Both the position numbers and the translations under genes were made by a program. A stretch of 60,537 bases of DNA from Escherichia coli (GTDB taxonomy: Bacteria > Pseudomonadota > Gammaproteobacteria > Enterobacterales > Enterobacteriaceae): the NCBI RefSeq assembly GCF_003334255.1, contig NZ_QOWU01000027.1. One strand, written 5' to 3'. Within the stretch, counting starts at the first letter, position 1, and the number at the start of each line of letters is the position of its first letter. This document shows, in pieces, positions 20,647-31,208 of this stretch. The notes beneath the pieces are model-generated. The model had not been told where the DNA came from. It did not search any database and was given only the letters and a program-made list of their open reading frames with translations.

Positions 20647-21564
20647 TTACTTCGTCCACCCTTTTTGTTTCAGGTAGTCGGCAGCCACTTTTTTGGCATC
20701 CAGTCCTTCCACAGCAATGCTGGCATTCAGTTGCTGCAATGTTTTTGCATCGAGGCTGGCGAAGACTGGCTGTAGCCACTGTGCCATTTGCGGATACTCC
20801 CTCAACACCGACTCACGCACCACTGGTGCAGGCGCGTAGATAGGTTGCACACCTTGCGGATCGCTTAAGGTTTGCAGCCCCAGCGCCGCTACCGGGCCGT
20901 CAGTGCCGTAAGCCATTGCAGCATTAACGCCAGAGGTTTGCTGGGCAGCGGCTTTGATCGTCACCGCCGTGTCGCCACCAGCCAGTGACAGCAACTGATC
21001 CTGACCGAGCTTAAAGCCATAGGCTTTTTCAAACGCGGGTAACGCATCGGCGCGTTCGATAAACTCTGCCGAGGCTGCCAGTTTGAAGGTGCCGCCCTCT
21101 TGCAGATAACGACCCAGGTCGGCAAGCGAAGTGAGTTTATTTTTCTCTGCCACATCCTGACGCACGGCGATAGTCCAGGTGTTATTTGCAGGCGCGGGCG
21201 TCAGCCAGATTAACTTGTTGTGCTCCGAATCGAGCTTTTTGACTTTCTCGTAACCTTGCTGCGCGTTTTTCCACGCTGCATCGTTTTCATCTTTAAAGAA
21301 GAAAGCGCCATTGCCGGTATATTCCGGATAGATATCCAGTTCACCGGAAGTAATCGCCCCGCGCACCACAGGAGTCGTTCCGAGTTGCACTTTATTCACC
21401 GTCGGTACGCCGTGGCTTTCCAGCACCTGCAAAATGATATTGCCGAGTAGCGCACCTTCGGTATCGATTTTTGAACCGACTTTAACGGGGGAAGCCGCCT
21501 GTAGCGGCAGGCTCACGGCTGCCAACATAACCAGTGAACCTGCCCAGAGCTTTAAGAGTGGCAT
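20647..21564 (-). CDS. osmF: Periplasmic glycine betaine-binding protein OsmF (YehZ)
   Basis: Signal peptide (LPLQA-AS) plus a substrate-binding-protein fold sequence; 305 aa. Confidence 0.93.
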   Translation of the reverse strand: MPLLKLWAGSLVMLAAVSLPLQAASPVKVGSKIDTEGALLGNIILQVLESHGVPTVNKVQLGTTPVVRGAITSGELDIYPEYTGNGAFFFKDENDAAWKNAQQGYEKVKKLDSEHNKLIWLTPAPANNTWTIAVRQDVAEKNKLTSLADLGRYLQEGGTFKLAASAEFIERADALPAFEKAYGFKLGQDQLLSLAGGDTAVTIKAAAQQTSGVNAAMAYGTDGPVAALGLQTLSDPQGVQPIYAPAPVVRESVLREYPQMAQWLQPVFASLDAKTLQQLNASIAVEGLDAKKVAADYLKQKGWTK

Positions 21565-21707
21565 GATGCTTTCCTCATTCTTTTACTGTTGTTTTCAGCG
21601 AATTAAGAGAAAAGCATAGTTGATAATGGCGGGGTTAGCTTGAGCGGAAGGATTCAGTTGCAGAATCAGATAAATACTTAAGAGGCATATTCGGTCCGGC
21701 GTTTCCT

Positions 21708-21741
21708 GCCGGATGCGGCGCGAGCGCCTTATCCGGCCTAC
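21708..21741. repeat. REP element
   Basis: GCCGGATGCGGCGCGAGCGCCTTATCCGGCCTAC matches the REP consensus. Confidence 0.85.
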
Positions 21742-21742
21742 A

Positions 21743-21765
21743 AAGGGCGCAAACGTCGCGCCCTT
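21743..21765 (-). terminator. GC hairpin downstream of bglX
   Basis: AAGGGCGC / GCGCCCTT 8-bp stem with a 7-nt loop, 10 nt after the bglX stop. There is no clear T-run. Confidence 0.45.
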
Positions 21766-21774
21766 ACTAAAGCA

Positions 21775-24072
21775 TTACAGCAACTCAAACTCGCCTTTCT
21801 TAACGCGTGCGGAATCAGTGCCGATAAAGACATTGAACTTGCCAGGCTCGGCGTCATATTTCATCTGTTGATTCCAGAACTTCAGCGCCTCAATATCGAT
21901 CGGGAAGCTGACAGTCTGAGTTTCGCCCGGTTTCAGGGTGATTTTCTCAAAGCCTTTCAGCTGTTTCACAGGGCGACTCATGGAAGCCGTCACATCCTGC
22001 AAGTACATCTGCACTACCGTGGCACCCTCGCGCTTACCGGTGTTCGTCACCTGCACGCTGGCAGTCACTTTGCCGTCACGCTTCATGGTCGGCGCAGAAA
22101 GTTTCACATCAGAGACGGTGAAAGTGGTGTAGCTCAGCCCATAGCCGAACGGATACAACGCCCCGTTAGCTTCATCAAAATAACGCGAAGTGTATTTGTT
22201 CGGCTTGTCGGCATTATACGGGCGACCGGTATTCAGATGGCTGTAGTACACCGGGATCTGCCCGACAGAACGCGGGAAGGACATTGGCAGCTTGCCGGAC
22301 GGGTTGTAATCGCCAAACAATACATCGGCAATTGCATTACCGCCTTCAGTCCCCGCAAACCAGGTTTCCAGAATCGCATCAGCCTGCTGATCTTCTTTCA
22401 CCAGCGCCAGCGGACGCCCGTTCATCAGCACCAGCACCAGCGGTTTACCGGTGGCTTTCAGCGCCGCAATCAAGTCACGTTGGCTTTGCGGAATAGTGAT
22501 ATCGGTCCGGCTGGAGGCTTCGTGCGCCATCCCCTGTGCTTCACCGACTACAGCCACCACCACATCAGATTGTTTCGCCGTCTGCACCGCTTCATCAATC
22601 ATCTCTTGCGGCGAACGCGGATCGACTTTGACCGCTTCTTCATACTGATTCAGGAAATCGATAATGCCTTTGTCACTGGTAACGTTCGCCCCTTTGGCAT
22701 ACAGCACTTTACCGTTTTCACCGACGGCATTTTTAATCCCGGTCAGTACGGTCACGGATTGATCGGCAACACCGGCTGCGGACCAGCTGCCCATCACGTC
22801 ACGTTTACTGTCCGCCAGTGGCCCAACCACCGCAATGGTGGCCGATTTTTTCAGCGGTAACGTTTCGAGACGGTTTTTCAGCAACACCAAGCTTTCGCGC
22901 GCCACTTCACGCGCTTCTTTACGGTGCAGGCGGCTTTCGGCATTGGTATCCACCGGGTCAGACTCTTTCGGCCCCAAATGGCTGTATGGGTCGTTAAACA
23001 ACCCCATATCATATTTAACGTTCAGTACATGGCGGGCAGCATCGTCCAGCTCTGCCATCGTCACTTTGCCGGATTTAATCAACCCAGGCAGATACTTCGA
23101 GTAGTACTCGTCGCTCATGCTCATGTTGATTCCGGATTTCAGCGCCACGCGCACCGCATCTTCCGGGTCTGCCGCCGTGCCATGTTTAATCAGCTCTTTG
23201 ATTGCACCGTGATCGGAAACGGTGATGCCTTTAAAGCCCCACTGGTCGCGCAGAACATCTTTCAGCAGCCAGGAATCGGAGGTGGCTGGCGTGCCGTTCA
23301 GCGAGTTCAGCGCCACCATCACCGCGCCGCTGCCTGCGTCCAGCCCCGCTTTGTACGGCGGCATATAATCATTAAACAGGCGCTGCGGACTCATATCGAC
23401 GGTGTTGTACTCTTTACCGCCTTCTACCGCGCCGTATGCGGCAAAGTGTTTGACGCTGGTCATCACCGAGTAGCGATCTGCCGGGCTTTTACCCTGCATC
23501 GCTTCCACCATGGTTTTACCCATTGTTGAGGTGAGATACGTATCTTCGCCAAAACCTTCGGAAGCACGTCCCCAGCGCGGATCGCGCGAGACATCGACCA
23601 TCGGTGCCCAGGTCATATTCAGGCCATCATCTGCCGCTTCATAAGCAGAGACACGTCCGACCGTTTTCACTGCATCGAGGTTAAAAGACGAGGCCAGACC
23701 GAGGCTAATCGGGAACACCGTGCGCTGACCGTGCAGCACGTCGTAAGCAAAGAAAAGAGGAATTTTCAGGCGGCTTAATTCCATCACCTGATCCTGCATG
23801 GCGCGGATATCCTGACGGGTTACGGTGTTGAAAATCGCCCCAACCTGACCGTCTTTGATCATCTCGCGGATCGCCTCTTTCGGGTTATCCGGGCCGACGC
23901 TGATTAAGCGCAGCTGACCAATTTTCTCATCAACTGTCATTTTCTTAAGCAGTTCGGTGACGAACGCATCCCGCGCTTCGGGCGTTAATGGATGGTTGCC
24001 GAATAAATCATCCGCCAGTGCTGGCTGCAGGGCCAGACTCACCGCGATTCCTACTGAACATAGCCATTTCAT
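21775..24072 (-). CDS. bglX: Periplasmic beta-glucosidase BglX (GH3)
   Basis: Signal peptide MKWLCSVGIAVSLALQPALA plus GH3 sequence; 765 aa from the ATG at 24072. Confidence 0.95.
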   Translation of the reverse strand: MKWLCSVGIAVSLALQPALADDLFGNHPLTPEARDAFVTELLKKMTVDEKIGQLRLISVGPDNPKEAIREMIKDGQVGAIFNTVTRQDIRAMQDQVMELSRLKIPLFFAYDVLHGQRTVFPISLGLASSFNLDAVKTVGRVSAYEAADDGLNMTWAPMVDVSRDPRWGRASEGFGEDTYLTSTMGKTMVEAMQGKSPADRYSVMTSVKHFAAYGAVEGGKEYNTVDMSPQRLFNDYMPPYKAGLDAGSGAVMVALNSLNGTPATSDSWLLKDVLRDQWGFKGITVSDHGAIKELIKHGTAADPEDAVRVALKSGINMSMSDEYYSKYLPGLIKSGKVTMAELDDAARHVLNVKYDMGLFNDPYSHLGPKESDPVDTNAESRLHRKEAREVARESLVLLKNRLETLPLKKSATIAVVGPLADSKRDVMGSWSAAGVADQSVTVLTGIKNAVGENGKVLYAKGANVTSDKGIIDFLNQYEEAVKVDPRSPQEMIDEAVQTAKQSDVVVAVVGEAQGMAHEASSRTDITIPQSQRDLIAALKATGKPLVLVLMNGRPLALVKEDQQADAILETWFAGTEGGNAIADVLFGDYNPSGKLPMSFPRSVGQIPVYYSHLNTGRPYNADKPNKYTSRYFDEANGALYPFGYGLSYTTFTVSDVKLSAPTMKRDGKVTASVQVTNTGKREGATVVQMYLQDVTASMSRPVKQLKGFEKITLKPGETQTVSFPIDIEALKFWNQQMKYDAEPGKFNVFIGTDSARVKKGEFELL

Positions 24073-24267
24073 ATGGATTTTTCTTCCTTTGTTGCCCGAC
24101 GTGGCAGCGAAAATGGTGCAAAAACCGTAGTTTGCCATAAGCATGATGGAGAGAGAAAAAGAATGCTCAGTTTATTGTCTGAATTTTCAAAATATTCACT
24201 CGCTGAATTGTTATACAAGGCGCTATTCTAGTTTGTGATATTTTTTCGCCACCACAAGGAGTGGAAA

Positions 24268-25983
24268 ATGTCTTCCATGACAACAACTGATAATAAAGCC
24301 TTTTTGAATGAACTTGCTCGTCTGGTGGGTTCTTCACACCTGCTCACCGATCCCGCAAAAACGGCCCGCTATCGCAAGGGCTTCCGTTCTGGTCAGGGCG
24401 ACGCGCTGGCTGTCGTTTTCCCTGGCTCACTACTAGAATTGTGGCGGGTGCTGAAAGCCTGCGTCACCGCCGACAAAATTATTCTGATGCAGGCCGCCAA
24501 TACAGGCCTGACCGAAGGATCGACGCCAAACGGTAACGATTATGATCGCGATGTCGTTATCATCAGCACCCTGCGTCTCGACAAGCTGCACGTTCTTGGC
24601 AAGGGCGAACAGGTGCTGGCCTATCCGGGCACCACGCTCTATTCGCTGGAAAAAGCCCTCAAACCGCTGGGACGCGAACCGCACTCAGTGATTGGATCAT
24701 CGTGTATAGGCGCATCGGTCATCGGCGGTATTTGTAACAACTCCGGCGGCTCGCTGGTGCAACGTGGCCCGGCGTATACCGAAATGTCGTTATTCGCGCG
24801 TATAAATGAAGACGGCAAACTGACGCTGGTGAACCATCTGGGGATTGATCTGGGCGAAACGCCGGAGCAGATCCTTAGCAAGCTGGATGATGATCGCATC
24901 AAAGATGACGATGTGCGTCACGATGGTCGTCACGCCCACGATTATGACTATGTCCACCGCGTTCGTGATATTGAAGCCGACACGCCCGCACGTTATAACG
25001 CCGATCCTGATCGGTTATTTGAATCTTCTGGTTGCGCCGGGAAGCTGGCGGTCTTTGCAGTACGTCTTGATACCTTCGAAGCGGAAAAAAATCAGCAGGT
25101 GTTTTATATCGGCACCAACCAGCCGGAAGTGCTGACCGAAATCCGCCGTCATATTCTGGCTAACTTCGAAAATCTGCCGGTTGCCGGGGAATATATGCAC
25201 CGGGATATCTACGATATTGCGGAAAAATACGGCAAAGACACCTTCCTGATGATTGATAAGTTAGGCACCGACAAGATGCCGTTCTTCTTTAATCTCAAGG
25301 GACGCACCGATGCGATGCTGGAGAAAGTGAAATTCTTCCGTCCGCATTTTACTGACCGTGCGATGCAAAAATTCGGTCACCTGTTCCCCAGCCATTTACC
25401 GCCGCGCATGAAAAACTGGCGCGATAAATACGAGCATCATCTGCTGTTAAAAATGGCGGGCGATGGCGTGGGCGAAGCCAAATCGTGGCTGGTGGATTAT
25501 TTCAAACAGGCCGAAGGCGATTTCTTTGTCTGTACGCCGGAGGAAGGCAGCAAAGCGTTTTTACACCGTTTCGCCGCTGCGGGCGCAGCAATTCGTTATC
25601 AGGCGGTGCATTCCGATGAAGTCGAAGACATTCTGGCGTTGGATATCGCTCTGCGGCGTAACGACACCGAGTGGTATGAGCATTTACCGCCGGAGATCGA
25701 CAGCCAGCTGGTGCACAAGCTCTATTACGGCCATTTTATGTGCTATGTCTTCCATCAGGATTACATAGTGAAAAAAGGCGTGGATGTGCATGCGTTAAAA
25801 GAACAGATGCTGGAACTGCTACAGCAGCGCGGCGCGCAGTACCCTGCCGAGCATAACGTCGGTCATTTGTATAAAGCACCGGAGACGTTGCAGAAGTTCT
25901 ATCGCGAGAACGATCCGACCAACAGCATGAATCCGGGGATCGGTAAAACCAGTAAACGGAAAAACTGGCAGGAAGTGGAGTAA
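24268..25983 (+). CDS. dld: FAD-dependent quinone-linked D-lactate dehydrogenase Dld
   Basis: AAGGAG SD before the ATG at 24268; the 571-aa product matches recalled Dld. Confidence 0.95.
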   Translation: MSSMTTTDNKAFLNELARLVGSSHLLTDPAKTARYRKGFRSGQGDALAVVFPGSLLELWRVLKACVTADKIILMQAANTGLTEGSTPNGNDYDRDVVIISTLRLDKLHVLGKGEQVLAYPGTTLYSLEKALKPLGREPHSVIGSSCIGASVIGGICNNSGGSLVQRGPAYTEMSLFARINEDGKLTLVNHLGIDLGETPEQILSKLDDDRIKDDDVRHDGRHAHDYDYVHRVRDIEADTPARYNADPDRLFESSGCAGKLAVFAVRLDTFEAEKNQQVFYIGTNQPEVLTEIRRHILANFENLPVAGEYMHRDIYDIAEKYGKDTFLMIDKLGTDKMPFFFNLKGRTDAMLEKVKFFRPHFTDRAMQKFGHLFPSHLPPRMKNWRDKYEHHLLLKMAGDGVGEAKSWLVDYFKQAEGDFFVCTPEEGSKAFLHRFAAAGAAIRYQAVHSDEVEDILALDIALRRNDTEWYEHLPPEIDSQLVHKLYYGHFMCYVFHQDYIVKKGVDVHALKEQMLELLQQRGAQYPAEHNVGHLYKAPETLQKFYRENDPTNSMNPGIGKTSKRKNWQEVE

Positions 25984-25989
25984 AAATTA

Positions 25990-26013
25990 CGGATGGCAGA
26001 GTATCGCCATCCG
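25990..26013. terminator. Bidirectional hairpin between the convergent genes dld and pbpG
   Basis: CGGATGGC / GCCATCCG 8-bp stem with an 8-nt loop. Confidence 0.5.
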
Positions 26014-26020
26014 AATTCAC

Positions 26021-26953
26021 TTAATCGTTCTGTGCCGTCTGCCCCGCCGCCGCCATTTGGGCGGCTTTTTGTTTTTTATAGCTCAACGCTGCTGCCGGCA
26101 CAGGCATCACTTTACCGGTTTCAATCCAGGTACGCAGGCGGCTGGCATCGGCAAAATGGGTATATTTGCCAAACGCGTCCATCACTACCAGCGCCACCGG
26201 TTTATTATTGATAACCGTACGCATCACCAGACAATGGCCCGCCGCATTGGTAAAGCCGGTTTTGGTTAACTGAATATTCCAGTTATCGCGATACACCAGA
26301 TGATTAGTATTGCGGAACGGCAGCGTATACGTCGGATTAGAGAAGGTTGCCATATCTTCCCGGGTAGTACTTAACTGCCCGATCAACGGATATTGTTTGC
26401 TGGCAATGAGCAGTTTGGTTAAGTCACGGGCAGTTGAAACGTTATGCACCGACAATCCGGTAGGTTCAACAAAGCGCGTGTTGTTCATTCCGAGCGATTT
26501 CGCTTTCGCATTCATTGCCTTAATAAAGGCTTTGTAACCACCGGGATAATGGTGCGCAAGGCTTGCCGCCGCGCGGTTTTCTGAAGACATCAGCGCCAGC
26601 AACAGCATATCTTTACGGCTGATTTCGCTATTCAGTCGTACGCGCGAATAGACCCCTTTCATCTCCGGCGTCTGGCTGATATCCACTTTTAGTTTTTCAT
26701 CCAGCGGCAGTCGTGCATCCAGCACAACCATCGCGGTCATTAATTTGCTGATAGACGCAATCGGACGCACCAGATCCGGGTGGTTCGAATAGATCACTTT
26801 GTTGGTATTCAGATCAACAATCATCGCGCTACCGGAGGCAATTTCCGGTTGTGAAGCGGTGGTAGCGGCTGCCGTTTTCGCAACGGCCTGCGGTGCAAAA
26901 GGCACAGCCAGCATCAGGGCCAGGCTAAATAAAGAAACTCGAAATTTCGGCAT
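26021..26953 (-). CDS. pbpG: D-alanyl-D-alanine endopeptidase PBP7 (PbpG)
   Basis: Signal peptide plus the SxxK (SISK), SxN (SEN) and KTG motifs. Confidence 0.95.
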
Positions 26954-27126
26954 GATGAGCATTCAGATAGTGGTTCACGCGCACGGGTTGCGCACCGCCG
27001 GAGTAAGGATTTACTGAGGCTAGCGACGCCATCATAACGAGCAAAAAGTGCGATCGTCAAAGGAGAATCGTGAGGAAATGCTGCATTGCTGACATTTACG
27101 CCAGCAATGCAACGTCAAAGAACTTT

Positions 27127-27714
27127 CTAGAACAAACGATAACCGTAGCCCCATAGTATAACGGTTAGGGCGAGCAGCACTTCCAGTACCAGCACGCCAA
27201 TCGCCAGCGTCGAACTAGAGAAGCTAAGGCCTTCCTCTTTGTTGATATTCAGGAAGCTCGGAATACCAAGGTAAAGCAGGTAGCCGGTGTAAAACAGCGC
27301 CACCGTGCCGACCAGCGCACACAACCAGACCAGTGGATAAAGCGCCACCAGACCGCTTAAAAACAGCGGAGTTGCAACGTAGCCCGCGAAGACCATGCAG
27401 TGCGCAAGTGACGGACGCTGCGGATAATTACGCGCCATCCACCAGATGACCCGCCCCATCACCGCGACCCCAGCCAGCATAACGCCGTAAAACAAGACAG
27501 CCAGCGCCAGTCCGGTAAACCAGGATAACTTCAGGATAGTGCCATCGCCAAAATTCCAGCCAATCTGTGTAGTGCCAATGAAGGCGCAAATCACCGGAAT
27601 CGCCGCCATCAGCAAAACGTGGTGGGTGTAATGGTGAGAAATCGTTTCGTTTTCGCGATTAATCACCTGCATTTCACGATCGGGATGGGAAAACAGTCCC
27701 CAGACATGGCTCAT
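27127..27714 (-). CDS. yohC: Yip1-family inner membrane protein YohC
   Basis: 195-aa polytopic membrane ORF starting MSHVWGLF. Confidence 0.88.
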   Translation of the reverse strand: MSHVWGLFSHPDREMQVINRENETISHHYTHHVLLMAAIPVICAFIGTTQIGWNFGDGTILKLSWFTGLALAVLFYGVMLAGVAVMGRVIWWMARNYPQRPSLAHCMVFAGYVATPLFLSGLVALYPLVWLCALVGTVALFYTGYLLYLGIPSFLNINKEEGLSFSSSTLAIGVLVLEVLLALTVILWGYGYRLF

Positions 27715-27883
27715 ACCGCCCCCTTGTTGTGAGTTCATGAACCTGACAGTTCAAGTATAAGTCAGCTTGTGATTATTTTTTGTTCGCCCATGTAATTTTC
27801 ACTGTCTGATGAACGTCCTTTTTCAGCGTGAATGATTCACAGGGTGTATGCTTACTGGCAACCAAAGGGAGACAGACTGGCCT

Positions 27884-28462
27884 ATGGATCTCAATACACT
27901 TATCTCACAATATGGTTATGCCGCGCTGGTGATCGGTAGCCTGGCGGAAGGTGAAACCGTGACTTTGCTGGGAGGCGTTGCGGCGCATCAGGGGCTATTA
28001 AAGTTCCCGCTGGTGGTACTTTCTGTGGCGCTTGGCGGCATGATTGGCGACCAGGTGCTCTATCTGTGCGGGCGGCGGTTTGGCGGCAAGCTGTTACGCC
28101 GTTTCTCGAAACATCAGGATAAAATTGAGCGGGCGCAGAAACTTATCCAACGCCATCCGTATCTGTTTGTCATTGGTACGCGCTTTATGTATGGCTTTCG
28201 GGTGATTGGCCCGACGCTGATTGGTGCCAGCCAGCTGCCGCCGAAAATCTTTCTGCCGCTGAATATTCTCGGCGCATTTGCCTGGGCGTTGATTTTTACC
28301 ACTATTGGTTACGCTGGTGGTCAGGTGATTGCGCCGTGGTTGCACAATCTCGACCAGCATTTGAAGCACTGGGTCTGGTTGATTCTGGTCGTGGTTCTGG
28401 TGGTGGGCGTGCGCTGGTGGCTGAAACGACGCGGGAAGAAAAAGCCGGATCATCAGGCGTAA
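27884..28462 (+). CDS. yohD: DedA-family inner membrane protein YohD
   Basis: 192-aa ORF with a DedA-like sequence (GRRFGGKLL, FMYGFRVIGP). Confidence 0.9.
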   Translation: MDLNTLISQYGYAALVIGSLAEGETVTLLGGVAAHQGLLKFPLVVLSVALGGMIGDQVLYLCGRRFGGKLLRRFSKHQDKIERAQKLIQRHPYLFVIGTRFMYGFRVIGPTLIGASQLPPKIFLPLNILGAFAWALIFTTIGYAGGQVIAPWLHNLDQHLKHWVWLILVVVLVVGVRWWLKRRGKKKPDHQA

Positions 28463-28472
28463 AACCATTGCC

Positions 28473-28507
28473 CTGGATAAGGCGTTCGCGCCGCATCCGA
28501 CATCCGG
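28473..28507. repeat. REP element (inverted orientation)
   Basis: CTGGATAAGGCGTTCGCGCCGCATCCGACATCCGG resembles the complement of the REP consensus. Confidence 0.75.
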
Positions 28508-28591
28508 AGTACCATGCCTGATACGACGCTTGTGCGTCTTTTCATGCCGACCAAAATATTACCCAATGAAATATCCACGCACCTCACTGCG

Positions 28592-29353
28592 CTATTCTGG
28601 GTTGAACTGTGGATTCGCCAACATAAAGCCGCCATCCACTATCAACGACTGCCCGGTGGTGTAATTTGCGCCCTCCGAACAAAGCCACACCACCAGGCTG
28701 GCAATCTCATGCGTTGCGCCAAAACGCCGCAAGGGAATCGAAGGCTCCGCGTCGGGCTTCACGTCGCTGTCATCCATGCCATTCATTGGCGTGGCGATCG
28801 CCCCAGGCGCGACTGCGTTCACCAAAATCTTATGCCTGACCAGCTCCAGCGCCATCGCTTTGGTTAACCCACCGAGCGCATGTTTAGCGGCTGTGTAGGC
28901 GCTGGCATCCGGCAGCGGCGTATGTTCATGTACCGACGTAATGTTGATGATGCGACCGCCCTGCCCTTGTTTCACCATCTGACGAGCCGCAATTTGCGAG
29001 CATAAGAATGCACCATCGACATCAACGGTAAAAATCTTGCGCCACTCATCAAAAGCCATATCAAGAAACGGCGCTTTGGTCATTGCACCCGCATTATTCA
29101 CCAGCACATCAATGCGCCCCAGCCGTTGAATGAGTTTCTCCAGCGCCAGTGCCCCTTCTGGTAGATTGCCGAGATCCAGCTGCACGATCTCCGCACGTAC
29201 GCCGTGGCTAACTACCTCACGCGCGGTATCTTTTGCCCCTTCTTCATCTGAGTGCCAGGTAATACCAATATCAAACCCCTGCTGCGCCAGTAATAACGCG
29301 CACTCTTTGCCGATCCCCGAATCGGAGGCGGTAATAATCGCAACCTGTGCCAT
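28592..29353 (-). CDS. yohF: Short-chain dehydrogenase/reductase YohF
   Basis: TASDSGIG cofactor motif and the YTAAK catalytic YxxxK; 253 aa. Confidence 0.93.
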   Translation of the reverse strand: MAQVAIITASDSGIGKECALLLAQQGFDIGITWHSDEEGAKDTAREVVSHGVRAEIVQLDLGNLPEGALALEKLIQRLGRIDVLVNNAGAMTKAPFLDMAFDEWRKIFTVDVDGAFLCSQIAARQMVKQGQGGRIINITSVHEHTPLPDASAYTAAKHALGGLTKAMALELVRHKILVNAVAPGAIATPMNGMDDSDVKPDAEPSIPLRRFGATHEIASLVVWLCSEGANYTTGQSLIVDGGFMLANPQFNPE

Positions 29354-29405
29354 CGAGTTCTCCACTTAACGCTGAATAAACGTTAAGTATAGAAGGCGCA
29401 TATCA

Positions 29406-30842
29406 TCAGCGTTTGTAACCCCCGCCCAACGCACCAGTGAGTTGAATGGAGGCATCCAGCCACTGCCCTTGCAATAACAGGCCATTGGCCCGCTCACGCA
29501 GCGCGGGGATTCTGGCTTCGCTGACGCGGGAACCAGCAATGATGCCCGCGTTAAAGCGCGCCTGCGCAAGACCTACCACACGCAAGGCATCGCGCTCAAT
29601 TTGCGCCTGATGCTGGTTTTTCTCCGCCAGTGTCTGAACCTGACTGGCTGCCCGCGCCACGTCATTCACCGCTTCAACCACCGCTTTGTTGTAGCTGGCG
29701 ATAGACAAGTTGCTTTCGGCTTTTGCGATATCGAGATTGGCGTTAAGACGACCACTATCGAAAATGGGTAGCGTCAGGCCTGCCGTAACGCCCATTTGCT
29801 GCGCGGAATGACGGAACAGATCGCTTAAGTGCAACGCATCCTGTTGCAGGAAGGCCATCAGGTTGATGTCAGGATAAAATGCCGCTTTTGCCGCATCAAT
29901 GGTGCTTAGCGATGACTCAACGTACCAGTGCGCCGCCTGCAAATCTGCCCGCCGGGCCAGTAAGGAGTACCCCAGTTCATCAGGAAGCTGGCTTGCCACT
30001 TTCGGCAACGCGACCGGTTTAAGCTTCAATGACTTTGTCTGGTTATTTGTAAGTGCGCTTAACCGTGCCTCAATAATTTTCATTTTCCCCGCGACATCGT
30101 TGAGCTGCTGCCGGGTTTTGCTGGCATTAATATCGGTTTCCACACCTTCAACTGAAGAAGTAATCCCGTTCTGATATAGCTGGCGATCGGTCGCGATAAT
30201 GGTGTTCTGCTCTTTTTCTATTTGCTGCAAGACCGTGTTTAACGCCGCCTGGGTTTGCCACTCCCAGTACAGGCGGGCTACGCTGCCAGCCAGCAATTGG
30301 CGGGTTTGCTCGCGTTCCGCCGCCCGTGCTTTAACCGTACCCAGGCGGGCAGTAACCTCCGCCCGATTCTTTCCCCAGATATCGAGATGCCAGCCCGCCG
30401 TTAAGCCAAAAGTACCGTTGGTGTACCACGGGCCGGTCGTACCTGCGGCCGGATCGTTCAGAGCAAACGGCCCCATTAAGCCTTCTGCCGACATTTTTTG
30501 CCGCTCCATATCCGCCGAAAAGTCGATCTGCGGACCATCCTGAGTGGCAACTGCCTTCGCCTGGGCTTCAGCTAGCTGAATGCGCTGTTCAGCCACCTGC
30601 ATATCCGGTGCGTTCTGTAGTGCATTGTTAATTAAGGAAGTGAGTTGATTATCGTGATACTCCAGCCACCATTGGCTGTCTGGCCAACCATTTTTCAGCG
30701 CCGTGGGTAATGCGGTGTCAACTTGTGCAGCGGGCGTTTGCTGGCTTAACGCCTGGCGGGTTTCATGCATAGGCGCACACCCGGCCAGCATCAGTAACAG
30801 CGGAAAACAGGCGATGGCTGGATAAAAGGAATCACGATTCAT
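29406..30842 (-). CDS. mdtQ: Outer-membrane-factor (OMF) lipoprotein of the multidrug efflux family, MdtQ (YohG); the reading frame is intact here
   Basis: Lipobox LLMLAGC after MNRDSFYPAIACFP. OMF-family sequence runs through to the C-terminal ALGGGY. 478 aa from the ATG at 30842. The 30-codon upstream extension in the ORF track is unsupported. Confidence 0.82.
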   Translation of the reverse strand: MNRDSFYPAIACFPLLLMLAGCAPMHETRQALSQQTPAAQVDTALPTALKNGWPDSQWWLEYHDNQLTSLINNALQNAPDMQVAEQRIQLAEAQAKAVATQDGPQIDFSADMERQKMSAEGLMGPFALNDPAAGTTGPWYTNGTFGLTAGWHLDIWGKNRAEVTARLGTVKARAAEREQTRQLLAGSVARLYWEWQTQAALNTVLQQIEKEQNTIIATDRQLYQNGITSSVEGVETDINASKTRQQLNDVAGKMKIIEARLSALTNNQTKSLKLKPVALPKVASQLPDELGYSLLARRADLQAAHWYVESSLSTIDAAKAAFYPDINLMAFLQQDALHLSDLFRHSAQQMGVTAGLTLPIFDSGRLNANLDIAKAESNLSIASYNKAVVEAVNDVARAASQVQTLAEKNQHQAQIERDALRVVGLAQARFNAGIIAGSRVSEARIPALRERANGLLLQGQWLDASIQLTGALGGGYKR

Positions 30843-31065
30843 GGGGGAATAATCAGGTAAGAAAAGGTGCGCGGAGATTACCGTGTGTTGCGATATATTT
30901 TTTAGTTTCGCGTGGCAATACATCAGTGGCAATAAAACGACATATCCAGAAAAATATACACTAAGTGAATGATATCTTCCGATTTATCTTAATCGTTTAT
31001 GGATAACGGCAAAGGGCTTCGTTTTTTCCTATACTTATTCAGCACTCACAAATAAAGGAACGCCA

Positions 31066-31149
31066 ATGAAAATTATACTCTGGGCTGTATTGATTATTTT
31101 CCTGATTGGGCTACTGGTGGTGACTGGCGTATTTAAGATGATATTTTAA
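31066..31149 (+). CDS. yohP: Small membrane protein YohP (27 aa)
   Basis: Not in the ORF track. AAGGA lies 7 nt upstream of the ATG. The product MKIILWAVLIIFLIGLLVVTGVFKMIF is a single TM helix. Confidence 0.7.
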   Translation: MKIILWAVLIIFLIGLLVVTGVFKMIF

Positions 31150-31208
31150 AATTAATTAATGTCATCAGGTCCGAAAATAACGAGAATATTTCAGTCTCTC
31201 ATCCTGTT

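Noticed and set aside
21868-22860. 330-aa ORF on the plus strand
   Set aside because: It lies entirely antisense to bglX. The product is an Arg/His/Phe-rich low-complexity sequence typical of shadow ORFs, with no SD and no family resemblance.
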